From contig WFSG01000033.1 in NCBI GenBank assembly GCA_015486075.1, forward strand, positions 61,023 through 125,022: a DNA stretch of 64,000 nt. The letters are read 5' to 3'. The notes under the pieces are model-generated. The model ran no database searches, was not told the origin of the DNA, and was given only the letters and a program-made list of their open reading frames with translations. Of this stretch, positions 9,945 to 18,617 are shown one piece after another. Each line of letters begins with the position of its first letter. Positions within the stretch are counted from its first letter, which is position 1. The position numbers were made by a program, and so were the translations under genes. Source of the stretch: Deltaproteobacteria bacterium. GTDB lineage: Bacteria; Desulfobacterota; Desulfomonilia; UBA1062.

Positions 9945-10217
9945 ATGAGGATAAACCCCGATATGTCAAGTAATATAATAGGAGTTACTAAAAAGGACAG
10001 TGAGAAGAAACCAGGAAAGCTCCACGGGTCGCCCGGGGAGAGACATGATAAGGTTTATGACAAGGTCAAGGTAGAAAATAAGTATGCAGCTAATGTCCAT
10101 GTTGACGGTGTTGACGAGGCAAAAGATATCCTTTCAAACATTGTTAATGAACTTCCATCGAGTAACAAAGATCTGCATAATCTCGACGTACACAGGCTTA
10201 TAGGTCTTTTTCAGTAG
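9945..10217 (+). CDS. 90-aa hypothetical protein resembling the flagellin C-terminal (D0) segment
   Basis: GGAGGG RBS. ENKYAANVHVDGVDEA and HNLDVHRLIGLF match the flagellin C-terminal pattern ENxxAAxxxIxDxDxA ... NxxxxxxLxLL. Confidence 0.6.
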   Translation: MRINPDMSSNIIGVTKKDSEKKPGKLHGSPGERHDKVYDKVKVENKYAANVHVDGVDEAKDILSNIVNELPSSNKDLHNLDVHRLIGLFQ

Positions 10218-10239
10218 AAATTATCGTTGTGCGTGAGAT

Positions 10240-11304
10240 TCATTGATTGTCCTCAATCGATCTCTGGGCATACATGTTTCTTATTCTGTCAAGCCTTCTC
10301 CTGAGCTCGGGTACCAATATCCTAGATGGATCAGGGGGTTTTCTGATAAACAGATAATAGTCCTCACCAATGTAAGGCCCTTCTATTGCCCCCGTGTAAT
10401 GACGTGCAGTTACATCTGATACGCTCAATATGGCCAGCTCCCTTGTTATATCAGGCACATCTTTTGCTGTATCCCTTAGTGGCCAGAACATGGGCCAGTG
10501 ATGTACCTCAATGCATTTGCATACGTTTTCAGGAATATTCCATTTCCTTGCCAACATGGCGCCTAGGCGGGCATGGTCAATTCCGAATAAATCGATCTCC
10601 TGCCTTATCCTGGCCCTTGGATCTTCTGGTATGTTTTCCTTTTCCTGCTGGGAGATATTCTTGTGTAAGGTGTTTCTCCCTATGTCGTGCATCATTGCCA
10701 TGGTAACAAGTGTGCCGGCATTCGATGCCATGCCTATTGAATTTGAGATATACGCTGCAATTATTGAAGTGATGTAGGCATGGAACCACTCGGAGCGTGA
10801 CGGTCTTATACCAGACTTGTTCATACTTTCCTCAATGACTATCCTTGATACCTCGGCTGAACCTAGGAGAACAACTGCGTTAAAGATGTTGTCGACCTTT
10901 TGTACCAAGCCGTAGAAAGGGGAATTTGCCCTCTGAAGTACGAAGGATGTAAGCCCTTGGTCAGACGCTATAAGCTGCCCTATGTCTTTTGCACTTACCT
11001 CAGGGGCATTGAGCTTGTATATGAGCTCCGTAACCAATGGTGATACCCCCTCGCTTACCCCTACAAGTTCAGGTACGGTGTCTGGAAGATAAGAATTTAC
11101 TTTTCTCTCAGGTCTCCAGTCTAGTTTGTAGGCGTCTTTTAATGAGGCGATCTCATCTTCTGTGGGTGTTTCTAGGAAACGTGCAGGTGCCTTGTTTAAC
11201 CTTGGCTTGTTTACTTTCTGTTTCCTAATTCTCCACAGGAGCAGGACCGTGAGCACGCATAGCAGTACGTACAGTAATATACCCGTGAGTTCGTACACTC
11301 CCAT
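10240..11304 (-). CDS. HDOD-domain protein with N-terminal transmembrane anchor
   Basis: DQGLTSFVLQRANSPFYG, AVVLLG, MMHDIG, IDHARLGAMLARKWNIP. Hydrophobic N-terminus. Confidence 0.88.
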   Translation of the reverse strand: MGVYELTGILLYVLLCVLTVLLLWRIRKQKVNKPRLNKAPARFLETPTEDEIASLKDAYKLDWRPERKVNSYLPDTVPELVGVSEGVSPLVTELIYKLNAPEVSAKDIGQLIASDQGLTSFVLQRANSPFYGLVQKVDNIFNAVVLLGSAEVSRIVIEESMNKSGIRPSRSEWFHAYITSIIAAYISNSIGMASNAGTLVTMAMMHDIGRNTLHKNISQQEKENIPEDPRARIRQEIDLFGIDHARLGAMLARKWNIPENVCKCIEVHHWPMFWPLRDTAKDVPDITRELAILSVSDVTARHYTGAIEGPYIGEDYYLFIRKPPDPSRILVPELRRRLDRIRNMYAQRSIEDNQ

Positions 11305-11311
11305 AAAGGGG

Positions 11312-11339
11312 ATATCGTTATTTCTAAAACTTATCTTGA
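11312..11339 (-). promoter_or_regulatory. Sigma28-like promoter (putative leaderless)
   Basis: Minus strand TCAAG-N15-AACGATAT, ending 7 nt before ATG 11304. No SD present. Confidence 0.45.
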
Positions 11340-11347
11340 GGCGGTTG

Positions 11348-13540
11348 CTAGATGTGGCTAGGCATTATAGGAATGCCCTCGAAAGGTTCCCTGAATATGA
11401 GTGGAAAAACATCCAAGACATTATTTGCGTATAGAATCTCAGCTGCAATAGACCTGTCTTTTAGCATGCGCTCCAGGTCAGGCCTGTTCTTGGCAGGGAG
11501 AATAATGCGTTTTAAATTGCTCCTTACACCAGCCAAAACCTTTTCCTTTATGCCACCAACAGGTAGTATCCTACCGCTCAGCGTTACTTCGCCTGTGATT
11601 GCTGTATCGTTCCTAATGGGTCTCCCTGTTAACAGGGAGACAAGTGCGCAAAGCATTGCAAGACCTGCAGATGGACCGTCTTTGGATATAGCACCCATGG
11701 GTACATGTATATTGATGTCAATCTTGGAGAAATCCGCTTCTATGCCCAGCATATTGGCATTGCTCTTGATGTAACCAAGGGCTATCCTTGCAGATTCCTG
11801 CATGATCGTACCCATGTTGCCGGTAAGTTCCAGTTTGCCGCTTCCAGAGCTATGCGATGATTCTATAATCAGTATTTCTCCTCCTGCCTGGGTCCATGCA
11901 AGACCTGTGGATATGCCCACCCTGTCATCTTCAAGCGCGTTCTGCCTGAAACGGGTTGCAGGTCCTAGGAACTCCTTTACAGTACTCCTGTCCACCTTTT
12001 TAGGAACGACCTCTCCCGAGGCCTTTTTCCTGGCAAGCTTGCGGTAGACTGACTCTATTTTCTTCTCAAGTCCCCTTACACCTGCTTCCATGGTGTAGTC
12101 ACCTATGATGGTCTTTATTGCATTATCAGTGAATACTGGATCATGCTTTTCAAACCCCACGGCCTTGGCCTTTTTCGGCACCAGGTGTAGCTTTGCTATC
12201 TGTAATTTCTCTTCTTCGGTATAGCCTGATATCTCTATGACCTCCATCCTGTCGAGAAGGGTGGGTAATATGGTTTCCGTTGTATTGGCCGTGGCTATGA
12301 ACATGACCTTAGACAGGTCAAACGGTATCTCTAAATAGTTATCCTTAAAAGAGAAGTTTTGCTCGGGGTCTAGGATCTCCAGGAGGGCTGATGCTGGATC
12401 ACCCCTGAAATCCTTGCCAACCTTGTCGATCTCGTCAAGTACGAACACAGGGTTGTTTGAACCGCATCTCTGTATCTCCTTTATGATCCTACCAGACATC
12501 GCACCTATGTATGTACGCCTGTGACCCCTTATTTCAGCTTCGTCTCGTATGCCTCCAAGGGATATGCGTACGTAGCGCCTGCCCATGGCTTCTGCAATGC
12601 TCTTACCAAGGGATGTCTTTCCTACACCGGGTGGTCCACTAAAACACAATATAGACCCCTTCGCCACTGGATTTAACTTTTTGACTGCCAGGAATTCTAG
12701 TATGCGTTCCTTTACATCATTTAGGTCAAAATGGTCGCGGTCAAGTATAGCCTTTGCCCGTGGTATGTCTATATCATCCTGCGTACTGTCCTCCCATGGC
12801 ATGTCGAGGACAAATTCTACGTAACCCCTGCACACTGAATATTCAGGAGATGAAGGATGAATGAACCTTAGCTTGCCCATCTCCTTTTCAATCACCATCC
12901 TTACATCTTCTGGCAAAGAGGTATGTTCTATTCTTTCCTCTAGGTCTTTTATGTCCTCAATGAAAGGATTGCCCGTTTTAAGGGACAAATTTCTGCCTGT
13001 TCTTGTACTTTGCTTGTTTATGAAGGAAAAGAGGAGCTTTAACCTAGCCATGCTATCGGGCGTGTTCAGCAACTTGGACTTTTCCACTAGGCCCAAATTC
13101 AGAGAGCTGGCCACCATGTCCGTGAACTGGCCCGGGTGTTTTATCTTGGATACGCTACTTCCCCCTGGCAGCAGCAACCTGACAAGTGCCTTTATACCCT
13201 GCATCAGTCCGTCGTTGATAAGGTTCTTTTCATACACGTCAGGCATGTCCACTAAATCAACGAATCCTTGTACAGCATCAAGGCTTTCCTTTGCCCTGAC
13301 GCGGCATATGCCTTCCAGGGATACAGATGTATCACTATACTCATTTACAACGCACCTGATACCTATATCATCTATTCTGACCGGTTGCCGGAAGAAGATG
13401 GCTATCTCGTAAACCCCAGAGATATCGGGTATAGCTATTCTTTTTCTGTCGATCGTGAAGATGTTTCCAGGTAAGTACACGTTATCTTCTATTACAAGTA
13501 CGTACATGGCTTTTATTGGCCTCTTGCCTATATTATACAT
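11348..13540 (-). CDS. lon: ATP-dependent Lon protease (paralog with divergent N-domain)
   Basis: GPPGVGKTS Walker A, LDEIDK, RRTYIGAM, KDGPSAG catalytic Ser, GGIKEK catalytic Lys. Start may be 13507. Confidence 0.95.
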   Translation of the reverse strand: MYNIGKRPIKAMYVLVIEDNVYLPGNIFTIDRKRIAIPDISGVYEIAIFFRQPVRIDDIGIRCVVNEYSDTSVSLEGICRVRAKESLDAVQGFVDLVDMPDVYEKNLINDGLMQGIKALVRLLLPGGSSVSKIKHPGQFTDMVASSLNLGLVEKSKLLNTPDSMARLKLLFSFINKQSTRTGRNLSLKTGNPFIEDIKDLEERIEHTSLPEDVRMVIEKEMGKLRFIHPSSPEYSVCRGYVEFVLDMPWEDSTQDDIDIPRAKAILDRDHFDLNDVKERILEFLAVKKLNPVAKGSILCFSGPPGVGKTSLGKSIAEAMGRRYVRISLGGIRDEAEIRGHRRTYIGAMSGRIIKEIQRCGSNNPVFVLDEIDKVGKDFRGDPASALLEILDPEQNFSFKDNYLEIPFDLSKVMFIATANTTETILPTLLDRMEVIEISGYTEEEKLQIAKLHLVPKKAKAVGFEKHDPVFTDNAIKTIIGDYTMEAGVRGLEKKIESVYRKLARKKASGEVVPKKVDRSTVKEFLGPATRFRQNALEDDRVGISTGLAWTQAGGEILIIESSHSSGSGKLELTGNMGTIMQESARIALGYIKSNANMLGIEADFSKIDINIHVPMGAISKDGPSAGLAMLCALVSLLTGRPIRNDTAITGEVTLSGRILPVGGIKEKVLAGVRSNLKRIILPAKNRPDLERMLKDRSIAAEILYANNVLDVFPLIFREPFEGIPIMPSHI

Positions 13541-13612
13541 ATTGGATGCCTGTTATCAAGGAGATCTGCTTAATCTTCCAATAAGGCCATATCGACAATA
13601 AAAGGTAACAAC

Positions 13613-13640
13613 TAAAGTAACCCCCGTGCATTACCGAGAA
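13613..13640 (+). promoter_or_regulatory. Sigma28-like promoter (putative leaderless)
   Basis: TAAAG-N15-ACCGAGAA, ending 8 nt before ATG 13649. Confidence 0.45.
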
Positions 13641-13648
13641 AGCTGACT

Positions 13649-14548
13649 ATGGATGGCGAAATAAATAGGCCCATGGAGGAGACAAGAAAACATATTCTTG
13701 ATACCCTGGACAAGGCGCAGGAGATCCTGACCCTACCGTCTGTCATACAAAAGGTTCTAGAGATAACAAGCAGTAGGAACAGTTCCGTATCAGAACTAAA
13801 GGATATTATAGAAAGTGATCCAGCGCTTACGACCAGAATACTATCCGTTGCAAACTCGGCGTACTATGGCTTTGTAAGGAAGGTGTCAACGGTAAGTCAT
13901 GCCGTTGTGGTGCTTGGCTTTGAAGAGATAAAAAACATTGTTCTTAGCATGAGTGTACTCAGGCTCTTTGACAGAAAGGGATCCGTCTTCGTGGAAAACC
14001 TGTGGAGGCATAGTTTGGCAGTAGCAGTTGCCACTAGGATGGTGGCCAGTCATCTTGGGCTTAAACTGGAAGGCAAATATTTTGTTGGGGGGCTTCTCCA
14101 CGATATAGGTAAGATATTTCTCTACCAGTACATGCCTGAGGTATACCGTGTGCTCTTGAAAGAGATGTTAAGCCAAGACAATAACTACACATACCACAGG
14201 TTGGAAGCCCTTATCTGTGGTATATCACACGAGGAGATAGGTGGTAGACTCCTCAATTCCTGGGGCTTTCCCATTGATATCACAGATGCAGTGAAGTACC
14301 ATCACAGGCCAGGGCTTGCCTTAAAAGACAAGGTCTTTACAGTATGCATACACATTGCGGACATCCTGTGCAGTATAAAGGGAATTACACCCCTAAAGGA
14401 TCATTTCTTTCTACCTGTGGATAGGGATATACTGGATGTCCTATACTCGTTGAAGGAAAACTTCGCTACGGACGACATGATCCATCTCCTTGAGAGACTT
14501 GATCTTGAAATAGAAAGACACAGCAGCTTTGTTACCATGTTCAGGTGA
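13649..14548 (+). CDS. HDOD-domain protein
   Basis: LTLPSV, SDPALTTRILSVANSAYYG, LWRHSLAVA, GLLHDIGK, SHEEIG..LLNSWGFP. Confidence 0.92.
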   Translation: MDGEINRPMEETRKHILDTLDKAQEILTLPSVIQKVLEITSSRNSSVSELKDIIESDPALTTRILSVANSAYYGFVRKVSTVSHAVVVLGFEEIKNIVLSMSVLRLFDRKGSVFVENLWRHSLAVAVATRMVASHLGLKLEGKYFVGGLLHDIGKIFLYQYMPEVYRVLLKEMLSQDNNYTYHRLEALICGISHEEIGGRLLNSWGFPIDITDAVKYHHRPGLALKDKVFTVCIHIADILCSIKGITPLKDHFFLPVDRDILDVLYSLKENFATDDMIHLLERLDLEIERHSSFVTMFR

Positions 14549-14648
14549 TACATGTATGCTTGAGTTTCCGTGCAGGATATGTGCATGGAGAAAGATTCTA
14601 AGACTACCATGTTTGAGTGGAATAAGTAATAAGGTATATAGGGAGGCT

Positions 14649-15275
14649 ATGATAAAAGCAAAGACCATACTTCTTGATGTAGACTACACCCTGTATCCTA
14701 GGGGTACAGGACCCTTTAGAGAGGTAAGCAGAAGGATCGAAAAATACGTGGTATCTACGCTCTCATTAGGCCTGAAGGAGGCAAGAGAACTCAGAATGTC
14801 CTACATATCTAGGTATGGATCGACCCTGGGTGGACTTATGCATGAGCACGGGGTAGATCCAGATGAATTTCTCAGGTATGTACATGATGTACCTGTAGAG
14901 GACCTGTTGTCTCCTGATGAAAAACTAAGGAACATACTTGAAAACTTACCTTATAACCTGGTGATTTTTTCAAACGCCTCGAGGGATTATGTTGAAAGGG
15001 TATTGAGGCATCTTGGTGTAGCAGATCTAATGGGTGTTATGTTTACAATAGAATCAATGGATTTTATTCCCAAGCCAAGGAAGTATCCATACCACAAGGT
15101 AATGGATATCCTTGATGCAAGACCTGAAGATTTAATAATAGTTGATGACATGGTAGCAAATGTCTCAACTGCACTGAAGATGGGTATGGCAGGTATTCTA
15201 GTAGGGGCATCGGCTATGCCTAGTGGAGCGTTCTCCATACACGATATCTACGATATTGTCAGTGTGATTCCCTAG
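14649..15275 (+). CDS. HAD-superfamily pyrimidine 5'-nucleotidase-like hydrolase
   Basis: LLDVDYTLY, RYGSTLGGL, IFSNA, PKP, IVDD. Start at ATG 14649 behind GGGAGG. Confidence 0.88.
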   Translation: MIKAKTILLDVDYTLYPRGTGPFREVSRRIEKYVVSTLSLGLKEARELRMSYISRYGSTLGGLMHEHGVDPDEFLRYVHDVPVEDLLSPDEKLRNILENLPYNLVIFSNASRDYVERVLRHLGVADLMGVMFTIESMDFIPKPRKYPYHKVMDILDARPEDLIIVDDMVANVSTALKMGMAGILVGASAMPSGAFSIHDIYDIVSVIP

Positions 15276-15351
15276 GGTATCACATGATAGCGGCCTGAAG
15301 ATCCAAAGTCTTTACATGCTTTCTCTGTTTACATACCCTCGATAGAATATC

Positions 15352-16557
15352 CTAGGGCCAAGTCGTGATAAGCCTCTTTAGTAATGTATATCCTTCTTTT
15401 ATGAATATCCCTGTATCTTGTGCCTGTCTTTCTGAGAATTCTCGTGCGCTATCCTTAACATCCGTGCTGTCGTAAATCACGAACGGTACAGGATCCGCGG
15501 TATGTGTTCTCAGTACGAGTGGCGTTGGATGGTCAGGTAACAGCAGGCATCTGAAGTCTGTATCCATGGCCTCCATGCCCTTGAGAATATTACCCACGAT
15601 GAGTCGATCAAAATTCTCTATCGCTAGTATCTTTTCCTTGAGAAGCCCTGCATGACCTGCCTCGTCAGGTGCTTCAACGTGCACATAAACCATGTCCAGT
15701 CTTTTGAGCGCATCTAAGGCTGCCTCTGCTTTGCCTTGGTAGTTTGTGTCTATCCAACCAGTTGCACCTGGTACATTAATTACCTCCATTCCTCTTAGTA
15801 TACCAAGCCCTTTCATGAGATCCACAGCTGATATCATTGCACCGGTAATATTGTATTCCTGTTCGATGGTTGGTACCTTCATGGATCTTCCCTGTCCCCA
15901 GGGCCATATGGCAGTGGCTTCTCTCTTCCCCTGTCTTCTTCTTTTCAGGTTTATGGGATGGTCTTTCAAAACACCCATGGATTCGTGAATGAGTCCCTTG
16001 ATGAAATCGTCGTCAGGGAGATAACCCTCTACAAAGTCTCCTATTATGTCATGAGGCGGGGTAGTTTTAAGGTTGTCTTTTTCATAATCTTTTACCAGCA
16101 TTAGGTGACGATAGTCAATTCCCGGAAAGAGCTGTATGTTCCTGTACCTGGGTTCCATATTTTTCTTAAGGCTTGCTATCAGGATTGAGGCCTCTTCGGT
16201 AGATATATGGCCTGCACTGTAATCCTCCATTATAAGACCTTCGTCCCTTGGGCTCAGTGTGACCAGGTTTGTACGAAAGGCCATATCGTTGTCTCCTAGC
16301 TTTACTCCCATGCTGACTGCTTCTATTGGAGCACGCCCCGTGTAATACAGACCAGGATCCAGACCCATTACTGCCATGTTGGCAACATCACTGCCTGGCG
16401 GGAACCCTGGCTTGACTGTTCTAACCATACCGAGTTCTCCCCTTGATGCAAGGTAATCCATGTACGGGGTATTTGCGGCTTCAAGGGGTGTTTGGCCACC
16501 CAGTTCATCCACTGGTCTATCGGCCATGCCGTCACCGAGCAGTATGATTATCTTCAA
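15352..16557 (-). CDS. apgM: Cofactor-independent phosphoglycerate mutase family (ApgM; 'proposed homoserine kinase' subfamily)
   Basis: LGDGMADRP, PGSDVAN, YTGRAPIEA, HVEAPDEAGH, LPDHPTP...HT.DPVPF. Lies downstream of hom. Confidence 0.9.
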   Translation of the reverse strand: MKIIILLGDGMADRPVDELGGQTPLEAANTPYMDYLASRGELGMVRTVKPGFPPGSDVANMAVMGLDPGLYYTGRAPIEAVSMGVKLGDNDMAFRTNLVTLSPRDEGLIMEDYSAGHISTEEASILIASLKKNMEPRYRNIQLFPGIDYRHLMLVKDYEKDNLKTTPPHDIIGDFVEGYLPDDDFIKGLIHESMGVLKDHPINLKRRRQGKREATAIWPWGQGRSMKVPTIEQEYNITGAMISAVDLMKGLGILRGMEVINVPGATGWIDTNYQGKAEAALDALKRLDMVYVHVEAPDEAGHAGLLKEKILAIENFDRLIVGNILKGMEAMDTDFRCLLLPDHPTPLVLRTHTADPVPFVIYDSTDVKDSAREFSERQAQDTGIFIKEGYTLLKRLITTWP

Positions 16558-17284
16558 TGTAGTCCCTCCCTTTCTCGAACTTGTTGTACGGGTAGATCTT
16601 GTCTATTGGCGTATCCCTGTGATTCGAGATCACGATGTCACCTATGAGGTAATTGGGCCTTCTGGCCTTTTTTATCCTATCCCTCTCCTCCATGAGCCAT
16701 GCAATCCCTGCAAGGTCTCCAGCTATTTCTTCCTTTACCATGCTTTTGCAATACTCCACCTCTTCTGCAGTTACAAATTCTATTATACCACCGGCAATAT
16801 TCATTACCTGTTGAGCATCCTCGTGAATGGTCTTTATTCTATCCTTGATGTAAACGCCGACTATTATGGGCATCCCTTCTATGGTTCCCTCGCTTACAAG
16901 GTCTGCATAACCCATTGAGAGTCCTGTGAAGACCGTCTGGGAGACGAGTGTTATGATGTGGATGCTAGGCTGATGCCCCAGCTCTTTTACAACCTCTGCA
17001 GCAATACCTGCATAGGACTCAACCATGTAAGGCCTGGGCTCGTTTACAAAACCCGTGTTGTCATCCAGTACCAGTCTCCTAGCATGCCTTATATCAATAG
17101 GGCCTTCTTCTATTTTTTCGTCCTTTATGACAAAGATACTATTATCCTTTTCCAATACAAACTTTCTAAACCCTTCCCTTTTTAACCTTTCCATGGCAAA
17201 CTCTGTTCCCCTGAGCCAGAGGTCCTCTGTGTGTAAATATACCGTGGAGTTGTGGTGACTTATATTATCAAGTCTGGTTAACAT
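16532..17284 (-). CDS. Degenerate threonine synthase (ThrC)-like protein lacking the PLP-binding lysine
   Basis: Colinear similarity to the short ThrC (LTRLDNI..VYLHTE; RGTEFAMERLKREG; FVNEPRPYMVES..IAAEVVKELG; MPIIVGV; AGGIIEFVTAEEV). Sits between hom and apgM and overlaps both. Confidence 0.7.
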   Translation of the reverse strand: MLTRLDNISHHNSTVYLHTEDLWLRGTEFAMERLKREGFRKFVLEKDNSIFVIKDEKIEEGPIDIRHARRLVLDDNTGFVNEPRPYMVESYAGIAAEVVKELGHQPSIHIITLVSQTVFTGLSMGYADLVSEGTIEGMPIIVGVYIKDRIKTIHEDAQQVMNIAGGIIEFVTAEEVEYCKSMVKEEIAGDLAGIAWLMEERDRIKKARRPNYLIGDIVISNHRDTPIDKIYPYNKFEKGRDYIEDNHTAR

Positions 17285-18608
17285 CTGGGCGCCTATTCTT
17301 TAATCTCTTGTCCTCTACCCTTAAAACGACGGGTTTATCATGAACTTCTTTCAGTGATTCGATCTCCATGCTTGCCATTCTTATGTTGGACTCCTTTGCC
17401 TCGCTGGTCAACATGACAACAGGTACATAGCCAGAGATCACCTCGCTCTTTTGTATGACTGATACAATACTTATGTCGAGCTTGCCCAGTACACCGGCTA
17501 TCTTTGCAAGTACACCGGGCCTATCCACTGCATTTATCCTGAGATAGTAGTTAGAGATGATATCTCCAATGGACATGTATGCTTTCTGGTTGGATATATC
17601 CTTCATGTAACCCAAGTGAGGAATGCGGCCCGCAATGCCAGCCTTTATATTCCTGGCTATGTCAGCTATGTCACTTACCACGGCGGAGGCTGTAGGCATC
17701 ATACCTGCTCCTCTCCCGTAGTACAGGGTGGAGTCCACCACGTCACCTCTAACGTAGAATGCGTTAAAGACACCGTCTACCTTTGCAAGGAGATAATTGA
17801 AGGGTATCAGTGTGGGATGCACCCGTGCCTCAATAGTATCCCCCCTATCAATGGTTAGAGCAAGGAGTTTTATCTTGTAGCCGAGTTCTTTTGCGTAGGA
17901 TATATCCAATGCGTCAATACCAGATATGCCTTCCACGTATATCTTGTCCAGATCAGGCGGTACGCCGTAGGCAATACTTGTGACTAATGCAAGTTTGTGT
18001 GCAGCATCCATCCCGTTTATGTCAAGGGTTGGGTCTGCCTCTGCATATCCAAGGCTCTTTGCCTTTTCAAGGGCCTCTGAAAAACTCAATCCACTATCGG
18101 TCATCTCTGTTAGTATGTAATTGCAGGTGCCGTTTAAGATCCCATATATAAAGGCGTAGTTATTTGCTATGAGCGCTTCCCTTAATGTCTTTATTATGGG
18201 TATACCTCCACCAACAGCGGCCTCGAAGTAGAGGTCCCTTTTCTTTGCAAGAGCCATCTCAAAGAGCTCTCTTCCGTGCGTGGCTAGAAGGGCCTTGTTT
18301 GCCGTAACCACGTGTTTACCCCTTTCCAGTGCTTCTAGAATGAATGCCTTTGCAGGCTCAATACCACCAATGAGTTCGACTATTATATCCACCTCAGGGT
18401 CTCTTATAACCGATGCAGCATCTCTCGTGAGCATCGTGGATGGCACGTCTATGCCACGGAAGGTCTCAATATCTAGGTCAGCAATCTTAGTTAGCGTAAG
18501 GGCAAACCCTAACCTCTGTTCCAGGACTCGTTTGTTTTCTAAAAGCGTTTTAACAACACCTGTACCAATGGTACCAAAACCAAGCAGGCCTATCTTTATA
18601 TCCTTCAT
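17268..18608 (-). CDS. hom: Homoserine dehydrogenase with ACT domain
   Basis: IGLLGFGTIG, VVTANKA, FEAAVGGGIP, GILNGTCNYIL, GYAEADPT.D, GRGAG, DRPGVLA. Confidence 0.96.
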   Translation of the reverse strand: MKDIKIGLLGFGTIGTGVVKTLLENKRVLEQRLGFALTLTKIADLDIETFRGIDVPSTMLTRDAASVIRDPEVDIIVELIGGIEPAKAFILEALERGKHVVTANKALLATHGRELFEMALAKKRDLYFEAAVGGGIPIIKTLREALIANNYAFIYGILNGTCNYILTEMTDSGLSFSEALEKAKSLGYAEADPTLDINGMDAAHKLALVTSIAYGVPPDLDKIYVEGISGIDALDISYAKELGYKIKLLALTIDRGDTIEARVHPTLIPFNYLLAKVDGVFNAFYVRGDVVDSTLYYGRGAGMMPTASAVVSDIADIARNIKAGIAGRIPHLGYMKDISNQKAYMSIGDIISNYYLRINAVDRPGVLAKIAGVLGKLDISIVSVIQKSEVISGYVPVVMLTSEAKESNIRMASMEIESLKEVHDKPVVLRVEDKRLKNRRPDVNQT

Positions 18609-18617
18609 AGCAGTACC

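Noticed and set aside
14529-14648. ORF-track upstream extensions (e.g. 14529, 21049, 22001, 26522, 36086, 49443, 63419 starts)
   Set aside because: Family N-termini, RBS positions and stop/start overlaps point to downstream starts, so the extensions are probably not translated.
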